Shown here: in pieces, positions 41,869-53,994 of the stretch | How the letters are laid out: the number at the start of each line of letters is the position of its first letter | How positions within the stretch are numbered: position 1 is the first letter of the stretch | NCBI GenBank assembly: GCA_013265495.1 | Contig: MU057719.1 | Span: forward strand, 806,001 to 870,000 | Length of the DNA: 64,000 nt | Direction of reading: 5' to 3' | Source: Vicugna vicugna | Taxonomy: Eukaryota | The notes under the pieces: model-generated | Databases searched by the model: none | Told to the model about the DNA's origin: nothing | What the model saw: only the letters and a program-made list of their open reading frames with translations | Translations under genes and position numbers: made by a program

Positions 41869-42070
41869 GGCGGCTCTGCGGCGCGGCGGCCTTTATAGCT
41901 GTCAGGCAGACAGGGAGGAACTCACACTTCCCACCAGGCTGCTCCCCCCGCCCGCCGCGGCCGGCCTGGCGCACACTTTAACCCGCTCCGCGCCTCTGGA
42001 GCCCGGCCAGGCCGGCCCAGCTGCCTGCTGACTGCTGCCGCGGCAGCGAGCGGGGAGGCCGCCTTCCCGG
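41680..42070 (-). promoter_or_regulatory. ADAMTSL2 CpG-rich promoter with TATA box (TATAAA 41897-41892)
   Basis: - strand reads gcgggcggggggagcagcctggtgggaagtgtgagttcctccctgtctgcctgacagcTATAAAggccgcc: a GC box, an RBPJ-type GTGGGAA (41934-41928), a CAGAC Smad-type element and a TGACAG (MEIS/TGIF-type) site next to the TATA. Factor assignments are motif matches only. Confidence 0.75.
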
Positions 42071-43059
42071 GTCCAGAACTCAGGACTGCACGTCAGGGTG
42101 TCCAGACGAAGTGGCCTCTGGCCCACGGTCACAGGGGAGGTCAGTGATGGCCAAGCCGAGCCCCAGGCTTGGTACGCTGGATTTCTGCTTCTGGGGGACG
42201 GCCGAGTCTGTGACACTCCCCAGACTGGAGTGTGGGCTGAATGAGGCATCCACTCTGATAGCTCCGTTTTACAGATAGGAAGACTGAGGTCCAGAAGGGC
42301 GATCATGCTCCGAGGTCAGCCAGCCAGCCTTGGAAAGCTTCTCCTGAGAAGCAGAAGCCCAAGCAGGCGGACGGACTGAGGCAGACTCAGCAAGGGCTCA
42401 GCCGAGGGCTCCACGGAAGGGAGAGCAGCACACACGGCCCGCTGACCAGACAGCCAGAATGGCCAGAGCCCGCGGGAGGAGGCGCGCGGAGCCCTGCCGC
42501 TGCTCAGCACTGGGCTGGCAGCGCACAGCAGCCTGGCCGGGCCGGGGCCAGCCGGGCAGCCCCTGGCAGGCCGGCACGGGGCTCCGGGCCTGTGTTCCTG
42601 CTGAGTCAGAGCGTGGAGCAGAGCACGGAGCAAGCAGCACAAACTCCAGCCCCCGGGAACCCAAGCCGACCCCCGACTTTGCAAGCTGCACCGGGAGCGA
42701 GGGAAGGCACCGCCCCCACACTCCGGGCTCCCCGGAACCCACCCTCCTGAGACACAGAGATACCTCCAAATGGTGAGGATGGAAGGGGGCCAGACTGAGC
42801 CATTTCGTCCATCCCCCTGCCTCTGCGCCCTGGAGGTCGAAGGCTCACAGTGGCTCCTGGAAAGCCTTCCCCCTCCCTGCACCCTCCCTGCCGGAAGGAA
42901 CTGTGGTGAGCTCCTTGGGCAGCTGAGAATTGTTCCACCCCTGGGAAAATTCTGCCACGGACAGGAGTAGTCGGGGAGGAGAGCAACCAGCAGCGACACT
43001 AAAACCAACCACGCCCGCGGCCCTGCGCCGAGTTCTTCCTCTGTGCCAGGAGCTGTGAG

Positions 43060-43175
43060 CTCAGCATCTTCGCCATCCCCATTTTACAGACAGGGGAACT
43101 GAGGCTCTGAGACGGCTGAGTGATGCCCAAGGTCACCCACCTGGTAAGCGGCACATCGGGGACCCCGGCGCCCTC
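43060..43175 (-). mobile_element. MIR SINE fragment
   Basis: catccccattttacagacaggggaactgaggctctgagacggctgagtgatgcccaaggtcaccc. Confidence 0.8.
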
Positions 43176-43371
43176 ACGGATCACATCTTCTCAATCTGGA
43201 GGCCTCTTATAGCATGTTCGCCCTCCCCAGAACCCTCCGGGGGGCAGGTCTTATCCGTCTCATTTTCCTCCTGGGGCCCCTGGGATGCTTAGCGGAACCA
43301 AGACTCGAACCCAGGTCCGTGCTGCCCCCTGGGGTCGGTGTGCTGAAGCACAGACACGGTGGAGCCTGTCA

Positions 43372-43545
43372 CGCAGCACTGGTACATGCGCGTGTGCGCA
43401 CGTGCACACATACAAACACAGGCACACACATGCTCTCACATACACCCAGAAGCACACACAGAGGTGCACACACCCTTATGCACACAACATACACACACAG
43501 GCACACACACAGAGGCGCGCACGCACACACACTCCCCGACCCCCT
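43372..43545. repeat. Long degenerate (CA)n/(CG)n alternating purine-pyrimidine tract
   Basis: gcgcgtgtgcgcacgtgcacacatacaaacacaggcacacacatg...gcgcgcacgcacacac. Confidence 0.85.
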
Positions 43546-46500
43546 CACAGACGCACGACTGACCGCTCTCACTCTGGGACCTCTGCCACCAGCCGAGTGT
43601 CAGGGCTCTGCATCCCTTGGCACAGTCCCGAGCTCTCCTGGCATCGCTGGCTCCACACCCAGCCAGCGCCAGGGTGACTAACGGTTTCCCCTGGGAGGGA
43701 CCCTGCAGCCAGCCGACACAAACATCCCAGCTCCTGCTCTCAGTTCAGCAGGACAGTGCCTTGAATGCCACCCCTGGCCCTGACACCTCCAGCAGGTGTC
43801 TGACCTGGGTCTGCCACACGTCCACCCAACCTACCTGCTACTGTCCGGAGCCAGCTGGGGCTCCCCGACCCGGAGGGACACCAGCGGGGCCCCAAACTCC
43901 AGACCCATGGGGAGCTGCGACCAACACTGGGTCCACTGGTGACCTGGAGGTTTTGGACATCAAGAGTCAGGGGAGGCCTCTGGGGCCCCTGAAGACCCCC
44001 GGAATCTGGCAGGGGCGGGCGGGGTGGCCGTGAAGAGTCCGGCACAGGCAGGAAGTGCCTCTGAAGGCCTCGTCGGGGGAGCGTGGGGCCGCTGTCAGCT
44101 CTGGTGAGCTGCTCGGGGTGGGCCTCCTGGCGGGGACTTAGGTGCCCTCGGGCCACACTCACAGGGTCACGGCCAGGCCTGGAAGGCAGTACCCAGAGTG
44201 TCTGAGGAGCCCCCAGCCGGCTGCACAGTGAGTAACCAGAGCAGCAGCCCAGGCCTGCTCAGAAGAGGCCGTGCTCGGGGTTCATGCTCGGCCGTCACCG
44301 TCTTGAAGGTTTAATTGTGTTTGCTTAGAATCTGTGTTCTAGGAGTGATGTCAGATGGGGCGGCAGAGGCTGCCTGGGGGCTTGGCGCTCCCGCCGGAGC
44401 ACCTCCCACCCCCTGCACCTGTCAGGACTGCCCTCTGCCCCCGGGGAGCCGGAGTCAGACTGAGTCTCAGGCCGGGGGCCCAGGTACTCACTGCGTGACC
44501 TCCCCCTGCCTGAAGGAGCACAGTATTAACAGCAAATAAGAACACCCCACTGTTCAGGAGAGGCCCTGAGGGGAGACAGCTTCGTCCCGCCTCATGAGCA
44601 AGGGGCTCCCCACTTTGCACTGAGCCCCACGGGTCGCCAAGCAGCCCTCGGAACTGCTGCCCCCAGCCCAGAAGATGCCCCGGGGGCCTGGAGAGTCAGT
44701 GAAAGAAACGGCTCAGAGCCCCCGTCTGGGTTCCTGCTCCCCGTTCTCTGGAGCTCTTCCTTCCCACCCATCTGGACGCTTGGTCCTCCAGATGACCTTC
44801 AGAAGCCACCTGCTCCAGGAAGCCCACCAGGTGGCCAACACTTTGCTCTGGCTTCTCGCACTGGGCAGGATCTCCCCGGACTGCGTCTGGGACCCCACAG
44901 AATGGGGCTGCTCCTGGTTCACACTGTACCCTCGGCGCCTGCCAGAGCCCAGCACGTAAAAGACGCTCGACACACGAGAGGGTGGATTTGTCTGGTGGCT
45001 CCTTGTCCTCTGGGGTGAGGGTGAGATGTCCCCTCCACTCCGTGTGACCCTGGCTGGGGACGCTGGCGACACTTGTTTCTTCAGAAGGAGATTGTCTTTC
45101 CACCGGAGCTTTCCGGATGTCTGAGGAGGAGCTAAGAAGCAGCAAAACGGGCACATTTCTGCGGGCAGGCGGGGAGAGGCGTAGGAAACAAAGGGGAGAA
45201 GCCAGCCTGGGGGCAGGACAGACCAAGGCGGGGGGGGCCGTGGGCCGGGGTTGACCGGCTTGGGGGTCCCAGTGGCTGGACAGTCATGCTGGGAGATGGG
45301 CCCTTCCTGTGCAGCCACGGGTCCAGAACGGAGCTCAGAAGGGCGGGTACTGGACAGAGCCCATGTGAGGGGGGTCCTCACCCCGGCACCCAGAGGCCAG
45401 CCAGCACGACACACATCTACCCTGTCCCAGCCCCGATGTCCCACTGCCCACCCCGAGCTGCGGGCATCCGGGCACCTTCTGACAGCAGACCTCTTGCCCC
45501 TAACAGGGACTGAGCCACCAAAGGACCACGTGGCCAGTTTGGAGGGGGCTGGCCAGGACTGCAGGAGAGCCGGTTCCGGGAGAGGCCCAGCAGCCAGTCT
45601 CTCCTCGTGCGCTCCCCGCCCAGCCCAGCGCAGACACCAGCTCCGGGCCCAGACTGGCTGCTTGGTAAGAACCCCCCCCACAGACTGCTGGGGGTCAGTG
45701 TGCCGGAGGCTGGACCTCAAAACAGAAGGACCCCCCTTCCCCAGCTCTGCATGTCCTACAAGGTCGAGGCTTGGAGTTCAAATGGGGGACCTCGGGGAGT
45801 TTAGGCCTCCTCACTCTCAAAATCCACAAGAAAGAAGCTCCTTTGTCCCCACATCTGGAGCAAGGATGGGGCCATGAGAAGCCCTGGCGTGGCTGGGAAG
45901 TGAGCTTCCTGCTGCGGAGCCAGGGACAGACGGCCGCTGGGCGAGGGGCAGCGGCGCTGGCAGAAGCCGCATCCGTGTGGGCCCCTGGATGCACTTCACA
46001 GCCTGCCCAGGCCTCAGGCCGAGCCCGGCTGGACGGGAGTCAGGTCCTGCAGGGACAGCAGAGATCGGTGCCTTCCCAGCAGCCTTTCCGCTGCCACGGG
46101 ACCTGTCCCTAAGGAAGGCCAGGTGGCAAGGACCTCCGCCCAGTCTCCCATCCTCGCAGAGGCAGTTCAGTCAATTGTGGCCGCTCCCAGCCCTGGGTCC
46201 CTCGGGCAGCCATTCCCCCGTGAGTGGACGGCGAGGCCGCCTTTCAGAGAAGCATTCGCCTGAAGTGCCCCGTGTTTGTTCCTTGCTGCTTAGCAGACAC
46301 CCAGCACTTCCTAAACCAGCACCTCTCCGAGCTCCTCACACTCAACTGTGCTCACATTGACCTTATGAGGCAGAGGCAGGGTGCTCCATTTGGCAGATGA
46401 GGAAACTGAGGCTCACGGGGGCAAAGGGCACACCAAGGCCCCAGAGCTCAGGGGAGGCGGAGCCCTCGCCCGGCTCACCTGGCAGGTATTTGGGAGCCAA

Positions 46501-46766
46501 GGTAACCTGAGTGGCTAAGTGTCAGCCGTTAGCTGAAGACGACACAACTGCTGTCACAACTCCCACTGCCAAGGCCCCAGATGGTGCTCCAGCCTGGGGA
46601 CCCCAAGGAAGGCGTCAGGAGTGTCAGTTCCCAGAGCCCCTCCCACCAGCTGCAGGGCCACCTCAGAGGATCCCTAGACAGAGAGCCGGCCTGCAAGGGC
46701 TGATGTGCTCTGGGGTGACCTGGAGCTGTGGGTCGCATGTTCAGAATTTGGAGGATGCAAATGCAG

Positions 46767-46865
46767 CAGCTGGCCCTGCTATCCTGGGCCGGGCGGAGCA
46801 GACAGACAGCTGTCCGGGAGGCGGGAGCTGTGTGGCATTCCAGGCATTTCAGCACCTCTATAAAA
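46767..46865 (+). promoter_or_regulatory. Candidate myogenic enhancer/promoter module (2x CAGCTG, GC box, MCAT CATTCCA, TATAAAA)
   Basis: CAGCTG at 46767-46772 and 46807-46812, gggaggcggg, CATTCCA at 46836-46842 and TATAAAA at 46859-46865, all within 100 bp. Confidence 0.45.
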
Positions 46866-47149
46866 CCGGCCTGCCCCACGGTCGAGGGGGGCGAGGGAAG
46901 GGGAGGGTGGCGGGCCGGCTCCCACTCCCTGCTCCCCAGGCTGTGGCTGCCCCACCATGGGCCCCCCCACCCCACCCAGGACTGGCCCCTGCCGGGTCCC
47001 ATTGGGACCAGCGCCACCTGCTGGGGAGAGGAGGGATGCTGCCTGGGGGCCGGGGCTGGAAGGGGCGGTCAGGGTGGTCTGAGAGGCTGACCAGCATGGG
47101 TGCCTTGCTAGAAGCACATGCCAGGAGCCGGTCTCCACTGCTTTCTGGG

Positions 47150-47280
47150 CCTCAGTCTCCTCCTCTGTAAAACGGGGAGAGAGAGACAGCTACCCCCCAC
47201 CTCCAGATGCTGACAGAGCCCAAAAGGACGAAGTAGGAACAGTGCTTGGCACAAGCTGGCCTGAGTGCACATCTGTGTGT
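47150..47280 (+). mobile_element. MIR SINE fragment
   Basis: ctgggcctcagtctcctcctctgtaaaacgggg...aacagtgcttggcacaag. Confidence 0.7.
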
Positions 47281-48431
47281 GTGCATGGTTTTCAAGACAC
47301 ACACGGTGGGGTAGGGGTTGGAATGGAGAGGACACACCCCAGCGGGGCCGGGGGGGCCAAGGGCCACGACGTGAACGCAGAGGCAAGCGCATGAGGGCAT
47401 CCTGGCAGAAGGAGAGCGTGCTGCCTGTGGGGTCCGGATTGGCCCAGCACCAGCAGGTGAGGGGTGGGGTGGGGGTGGGGAGGACTGGAGGCTGGCTGGC
47501 AGGCGGAGGCCACGGGAGGCGGGAAGGACGGGGAATGCCAGCGCACGTCTCGGCTGGCTCGGAGCCTGCCCAGGTCGAGTCCGCTCCCAGCCCAGCCCAA
47601 TCCTGCGCCTGCCTTCCCCACGCCTCCAGGGGCAGCAACAGCCCCAGGGCAATGGGCCTGTTCCTGCTCCTTTGCCCCCCCTCCCAGCTCGCCAGGCCAA
47701 TCCCTTCCCGGGCTCCAGCGAGAACCGAGGGTCATTTCAGTCCTGTTCAGAGCTGGACGCCTTCCCCCCAGCCAGCTGGTCTGTCTCCAGGCGGCCAGGT
47801 CTCGGATGGGAGCCACACGCAGGCCTCACCCCCACCTCCGTCCTGCACTCTGCCCCCCTCCTCAGAGGGCTGCTGGAGTTCCAGCCCTTCTGCAGGGGCT
47901 CCTCGGGCTGCCCCCGGCCTGGCCACCTGTCTCCCAGCTTTGGGGCAGCCCCTCCTCAGCCCCCTTCCTCCTTAATCGCTACAACACATGTGCGCCTCCG
48001 CCCCTGCCTCCCCCACCACCTCCCCCCTTCTCTTTTTCCCTTCCCCAAGCTTGCAGCCTTGGCCCTGGAGTTCACAGCTGCAAAAAAACACCCCCACACA
48101 CTCATGCACAAAACCAAGTGTGGAATGTTTCCCTGCTTCTGAGTGGGGTTATGGCTCCAGAGAGCTCTCTCCAAACACCTGACCTCTAATCCACTTCCTC
48201 ACCACGCGATTTCTACTCCTCTTGGAAGCTGGGTCTGGGGTCTGGGGTTGGGGCCGGGGCTTGGGCAGAGGGGTGGGCAGGGACGACCAAGGACGCCCAC
48301 AACTAGCTTGCAGGGGGTCGCCGGCCTCTTACCCAGAGCCGCACACACTGCAGGATCTGGTTTTTCCATTTGGAGAGGGAACAGGGCTCCTAAGTGCCAG
48401 ACTGAAATGTGCAGCGGCCCCACCTCCCTGG

Positions 48432-48520
48432 ACTTTCATTCATTCTTTTAACAAAGTCATTCATTCAGCCAGTGTCTGTCGAACACCTGCCACGTGCCAG
48501 GCTCGGGCTCCCGGCTTGGG
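48432..48520 (-). mobile_element. L2 LINE 3' end fragment (probably continuing to ~48900)
   Basis: ttcattcattctttaacaaagtcattcattcagccagtgtctgtcgaacacctgccacgtgccaggc is the reverse of the L2 tail. Confidence 0.7.
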
Positions 48521-49179
48521 CAGAGAGCAGGCCCGCTGAGTGGTGGGCACACCATCCAGGCAGCCCCACACCAAGAGCGCGGCGCAGAGGGGTGGATGAT
48601 GGGCTGGGGGGAGTGGCGCGTTGGGCCCAGCACAGGAGCACCTCCGCTAGCCGAGCCCGGCGGGGAGCCTTCCCCACCCACATCAGAGGAGGAAGAAGTG
48701 TGTTCTTGCAGGGGAGGCAGGGAGGCAGGGAGGCCGGGAGGAAGGATGGGGTCCGAGGGTAGGGTGGAGACCAGGGTGTGCTCTGGGGGAAAAGGCCGGC
48801 ACGGATGGCTCAGGGATCTCCTCGAGAGCTTGGACTTCACACCGAAGGCTGTGGGTGCCTTGGAAGGCACTTGAGCAAAAGAATGACCAGATGTATCGAG
48901 TAGGACCTTCCACTGCAGACAGCAGAAATGGGCTCCAGCCAACTTCTGGCAGAAAGGAGAGTTCTGGAAAGGTGTGAGGGAGCTCCCCATACTCCAGATT
49001 CCGATTCCCAGGAGAACGGGATCCGACAGAGCTGTGCAGTGGACTTCCGCCCACACAGCAGCCAGAGGAACAAGCCACTTGACACACGTGGGCGAATCTC
49101 AGGGACATCCCAGGGAAGGAAAAGAAGCCGGCCCGGAAGGTTGCGCGCTGCACGCGTCCCTCCGTGCGGGCAGTTGGGT

Positions 49180-49350
49180 GCGCGGCTGCCGCGGCCGGGG
49201 CACGCGTGGCAAAGGAGCCGAGGGGACGCCGCAGTGGCCGCACAGCTGTGCACGCTTACCAGACTTGTCAGATGGCACATTTCAAACCTGTGCGTGTTGT
49301 TGCATGTAACGTCATTGTATCATGATGAAAAATAACACAGAATAAAGGCT
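49180..49350 (+). mobile_element. L1M 3' terminal fragment, GC/CpG-shifted
   Basis: gctgtgcacgcttaccagacttgtcagatggcacatttcaaacctgtgcgtgttgttgcatgtaacgtc...aaaaataa parallels the recalled L1MB/MC 3' terminus. Confidence 0.55.
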
Positions 49351-49753
49351 GTTCTTTTGCCGGCAGCAAATAAAGAAAGCAAGCAAGCGCGCAGTCACTC
49401 CGGGGAGAGAGTCGGCCTGGATGGCTCCCACCCTCCCATCATCCCTCCGCGGGGGGTGACGGGGCGCCCCGCCGGCCGGCCCCCCAAGACCTCCTCAACA
49501 AGGAAGGCTACTCCCCGAAGGCCAAGGAATGCCTAGCGGAGTCGCATCAGCCTCGCGTCGGGAGCGCCAGTAGAGGTGGTCCTGGTCTGCGTACTTCAGC
49601 TCTGAAACTCTGCAACCAAGTAGGAAAGAACGTTAGTTTCATTAGTTCAGTCACCAAGGAGACCTGTCTGGGGCAGGGGTGGGCGAGCGCGAAGCACGTT
49701 GTGAGCCGGTAAATTGTGAAACTTATCTACAAGGTCCTTTGAGTGGTTAGAAT

Positions 49754-50080
49754 CAGCTGATCTCTGGGTTCTCTCACCTCTTGGCCCCTGTGGACACGTG
49801 CCTCAAGCAGCAAAATCCACCCTCTTCTGGGCTCCCAGGCGCCCTGGGGAGAGGGCCAGGGTGGGTAGTAGCTGAACTGGGGACAGTGACTGTTCTCCTA
49901 AGTTGCTGCCTCCTAGAAAAGAACTATGGTTTCCTTGAATCAACAACTCTAGCCAGTCCAAAAAAAACCCAGAGACAAGTGCCGGTCACGTGGGGCATCA
50001 GCTGTTGGGCCCTCTCCACGTGCTGCTCGACATGTGTTCCCATATCCCTGCCTCCCTCCAGGGCATTTGAACCACAGCTG
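49754..50080 (+). promoter_or_regulatory. MYMK proximal promoter E-box cluster (MyoD/myogenin-type)
   Basis: Eight CANNTG boxes in ~330 bp: CAGCTG 49754, 49999, 50075; CACGTG 49795, 49987, 50017; CATGTG 50031; CATTTG 50064. Myomaker is established to be driven by MRFs through promoter E-boxes. Confidence 0.75.
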
Positions 50081-50195
50081 CCATCGGAGCCCCGACTGGA
50101 AGGAGCAGGCCTTCTCCCTTTCTGTTCCCAGCTCTGGGGACCCGGGAGGCCTGCACCCACCTTTCCTCCCCAACCCGTCCCTTCCTCCCCAGCCC

Positions 50196-50330
50196 ATGGG
50201 GACGCTCGTGGCCAAACTGCTCCTGCCCACCCTGAGCAGCCTGGCCCTCCTCCCTGCTGTCAGTGTCGCTGCCAAAAGGCGGTTCCACATGGAGGCCATG
50301 GTCTACCTCTTCACCATGTTTTTTGTGGCG
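50196..50330 (+). CDS. MYMK: MYMK (Myomaker/TMEM8C) exon 1
   Basis: cccATGG start; MGTLVAKLLLPTLSSLALLPAVSVAAKRRFHMEAMVYLFTMFFVA; donor GCG|gtaagt; 135 nt. Confidence 0.98.
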
Positions 50331-50799
50331 GTAAGTCCGGGAACCTGGGGAGAGTACCACCCGCAGCGGAGACGGAGGACGGGACCGTCTTTCCATCACT
50401 TTGCTGTATTTGGTGACGAAGAAAAGTGATTGGGAGGTGAAAAAAAGAGCCCAAGGACCAGGAGGGAGGGTTGGGGGACCCCCTTTGCCTCCCCGGACCT
50501 GTTTCCCCGCCTGTGCTGGGACTGGTGTGAGTGAGACCAAGCCCACAACGGGCCAGGGACCGTCAGTCCGGGACGAGCCCCTCCAAGTTTCCCCTTTCCT
50601 TGCCGCTGGCCGACCACCCCAGCCTGCTCCTGGCCCCAGCTGCCCCTCCCCCCGCCTCCTGGGCCGGGCCGGGCCGGGGCTAGCGGGGCGGAGGGGCCTG
50701 CAAGGTGACTCTGCTTCCAGGACTCCGGCGGCGCTGGCCCCCATTCAGGAGGGCCTGCTCACGTCGGCTTCGCTCCTTCTGGGGCCCACGTCTCTCTCC

Positions 50800-51235
50800 G
50801 GACCCTCCTTTCCCTTTCTATTTATATGTCTGCGAGCCTGTCTCTCGGCTCCCCTGTCTGTCCCCACCCCCATCTCCCTGTGGGTCTCTTTCCCTCTGTG
50901 TTTCTCTTCCTGGTTCTGTGTCTGTTTTTTCTTTTTCTCAGTCTGGGTCGGGTTTTCTCTTGATTTCTGGAGCTATATCCCCATGGAATTCACTCTCTTT
51001 CTAAGTGTCTTGGTCTCTTCCTCTCTAGCTCTCGTCCCCTCACCCTCCATGTGTCTCTCTGGCTCTATCCATTCTTCGAGCTTCTCTCCGTCTGTCTGTC
51101 TACCTACCTATGTACTATCTGTCTAATCCATCACTTTTACATCTGATTAATCATTAGCCACCTGTCGGATCAACCATCCAACCATCCATTATCTCTCAGT
51201 GTCTTAGTGCCTTCCTACCTCCCCGTCTCTGTTCC
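50800..51235. repeat. Pyrimidine-rich (TC/TCTG/CTAT/CCAT)n low-complexity tract in MYMK intron 1
   Basis: About 430 bp dominated by C/T on the + strand. Confidence 0.75.
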
Positions 51236-52689
51236 CCCGAGTCTCCTCCCACCCACCCTCGTCGCTGCACTCCCAGAGGGGCCCCTCTAAGGCCTAGCCT
51301 TCATTAAACCCAGCTCCCGGGAGAAGCACGTGTGGGGTAGGCGAGCATTCCCGGGCTCCACGGGGCAGCGCCAGACTTACGAAAGGTCACGGGCCCTCCT
51401 CACCGCAGGCAGCCCCTCCCCGCAGCAGGACTTCCCAGCTCATTCAAGGCTTAGATCTGCTCCTCCCAGGACCCCTGTGCGGGTGAGGTCCAGGGGGTCT
51501 GCTTGGCAGGTGAGAAACCAGGGCTAGAACGGACAGGGGATTCTCTGCAGGTACAAGGGCCTTAGGGCCGAGGAGAGGGACCGGGGTCCTGTCCTCCACG
51601 CCCGTGGTAGACCCAGCCCAGGAAACCACAGTGACCGCCAGGCCAGCCCTCCCTGCCGGGGCTGAGCTGGCCCCACAGCTGCCCGGGTGGCTGGCCTCAG
51701 AGGCCCACCCAGCCCTGCCCCGCCCAGCCAGAGCGGCAGGGGCAGCTGCCTCCTGTGACAAGTGTCCTCAGGCCTCAGAGACACACTCTGCCCCTTCCTC
51801 CAGAGCCCCAGCAACACTGTGGCCGGCTCGGCCTCCCACACGGGGCTTCTGTGTCCCACCAGGACCACCCGGCGACAGTTGTTCCTGTGCTGGGCCCCGT
51901 GCTGTGTGCTTGGTCACATGGAGTCCCCTGGCCCCCGCTGCGGAGCGGGTGCTCTCGCCCTCCTCTGACAGGACTCCCCACCCCCAGGGCAGTCAGCTGC
52001 TGGTCTGCGCTCGCACGGCCAGGGCCTGCTGGCTCAGCTGCCAGAGGCTGCGCTGTCTCCTGCCGGGCCCCCAGCCCCATGCCACCCCCGCCAGCACCGC
52101 CCCCTCTGCCCTCTGCGATGATCAGAAGAGGGAGGAAGGCCTCGCTGGCACAGAAGCCCGTGCTGCTCCCTGAATCTTAACCTACCCCACCTGTTCAGCA
52201 GAGGGGAACCGAGGGCCCGGCGGGAGAGGTCCCTCCTGGGCCAGCTCTCCTTCAAACCACTCCAAACCCTGCCTCCTTGTCCCTGCATACACAGGCAAAC
52301 ACTTACTTACACAGACTGTGAAACAGCTCCACGCTAGGAGCTGTGGTCATGGCAGGGATGAGCCAGATGGGGGACAGGGCCCAGAAAGTGTCCAGAATCC
52401 TGCAGCGATTAAATCTGTAATCACACAACATGACCTGTGCTACACAGGAGAGGCACGGGGACAGAGACACTATATTGTGGGGCTCAGGGGGAGATGTAAT
52501 TCTGAAAGGAGCAGGAGGGCAGAAGAAGATCCGTGTGCCTCATAGGGCCTGGCTCTGCCTGCCAGAGCCATGGGGAGCAAGGGTCCTCTTCCCTCCTCTA
52601 GCCCAGAGATTTGAGCACCTTGATCACACCCTACCTGAAGCTTCTCCTTCCTGAGCTAGTCACATCCACCACCACCTGGTTCCTCTCTT

Positions 52690-52870
52690 CTAAGCTCTTC
52701 TTTGCCAGTGTGCCCCTTCAAAGGGTGTAGCATCCAAAGCTCGATATAGTTCTCTAGGTGGGTCTGACCAGAGAGGAGCAGCAGACTCTCCTACCCTATT
52801 CTAGACACTATACCTCTATTAATGCCTCCTAGGTGCTCTTTAGCTTTAGCTCATGTAAAGCTGTAACCAG
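52690..52870 (-). mobile_element. L3/CR1 LINE fragment
   Basis: atatagttctctaggtgggtctgaccagagaggagcag...ctattctagacactatacctctattaatgcctcctag resembles the recalled antisense L3 consensus. Confidence 0.55.
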
Positions 52871-53699
52871 TAGAAGCTCTAAATCGACCCCAACTTGCTC
52901 GACTCACCAGGTGACCCAGGGCTTCCGGTTCCCACTGCCCATAATGTCCCTGGCACCTCCAAATATCGGCTGCTCTGCTGCACGCCTCCCCATCCTGCCA
53001 AGCTGGGCTAACCAAGAGCCGACTGTGCTGGTCCCCGCGCTTGCTTACGCCCTTGAACTTGTCAAAATAATTACATCATGCAATTAAATATTACTTACAG
53101 TGATGAAATGTGTAAGCGAAAGGGAAGAGTCGTCTTCTGTAAGAAATAAGCTGGCTGCCTTGAAAATACAGGCATTTGCTTTAAAATTCGTTATGACACA
53201 AGTTATCAAGGAGAGAACCGTAGGAGCCGGGGGTGGGGAGGGGCAAAATGAGAACGCCGCCACCTTTGACACCTGCAGAGGTCTCCGCCATCTTCCCTCA
53301 GTTTAGAGAAACAGAAACTGAGAGCTGCAGGCCGGTGGTTCTCAAAGCAGTGTGTGCAGGAGAAGAAACTCTGCGTCACTCCGGCGGCATCGGCATCAGT
53401 GCAAGAGCCTCTGAAAAAAGCAGGTCTCCGCCCCCAGCCCAGACCCGCTGGGGGAGCACCTCGCAAGGCCTGCTTAGCACCCAAGCCTTTACAAGCCCCC
53501 CAGGGCATCAGACGTCCGGTCATCAGGGGGTAACTCATGGGAGAGAAGCAAGGACCTACGGGCCTCCGCAGAGCGGACTGGCACCCACGGGGAAAGGCTG
53601 TGGCCTCTGCAAACCCGGGTGTTAAGGAAGGGTGTTGTAGGGCTCCCAGCTCGGCAGGCTTCAACCACAGGACCCTACGGGGGGAGGGGGTCTACAGTG

Positions 53700-53775
53700 C
53701 ACCCATTTTCAGATGGGGAAACAGAGGCACGGAGGCATTTAGTGACTCGCCTGAGGTCCTGCAGCCAGAGAGTGG
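53700..53775 (-). mobile_element. MIR SINE core fragment
   Basis: cccattttcagatggggaaacagaggcacggag. Confidence 0.7.
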
Positions 53776-53879
53776 CCTGGCTCACGGGGCTGTGGCTCGG
53801 GGCCCAGGCCTGGCCCCGGGCTCCACTGCTCTGACCCCCCCACCCCCACCGCCGATCGACCATCTGTGTTTCCTGGCAG

Positions 53880-53994
53880 CTCTACCACGCCTGCAACGGG
53901 CCCGGCCTGTCCATTCTCTGCTTCCTGCGCCTCGACGTCCTGGAGTACTTCAGTGTCTACGGGACGGCCCTGAGCATGTGGGTCTCGCTGATGG
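53880..53994 (+). CDS. MYMK: MYMK exon 2 (LYHACNGPGLSILCFLRLDVLEYFSVYGTALSMWVSLM)
   Basis: cctggcag|CTC ... ATG G|gtgagt; 115 nt; His48 present. Confidence 0.97.
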
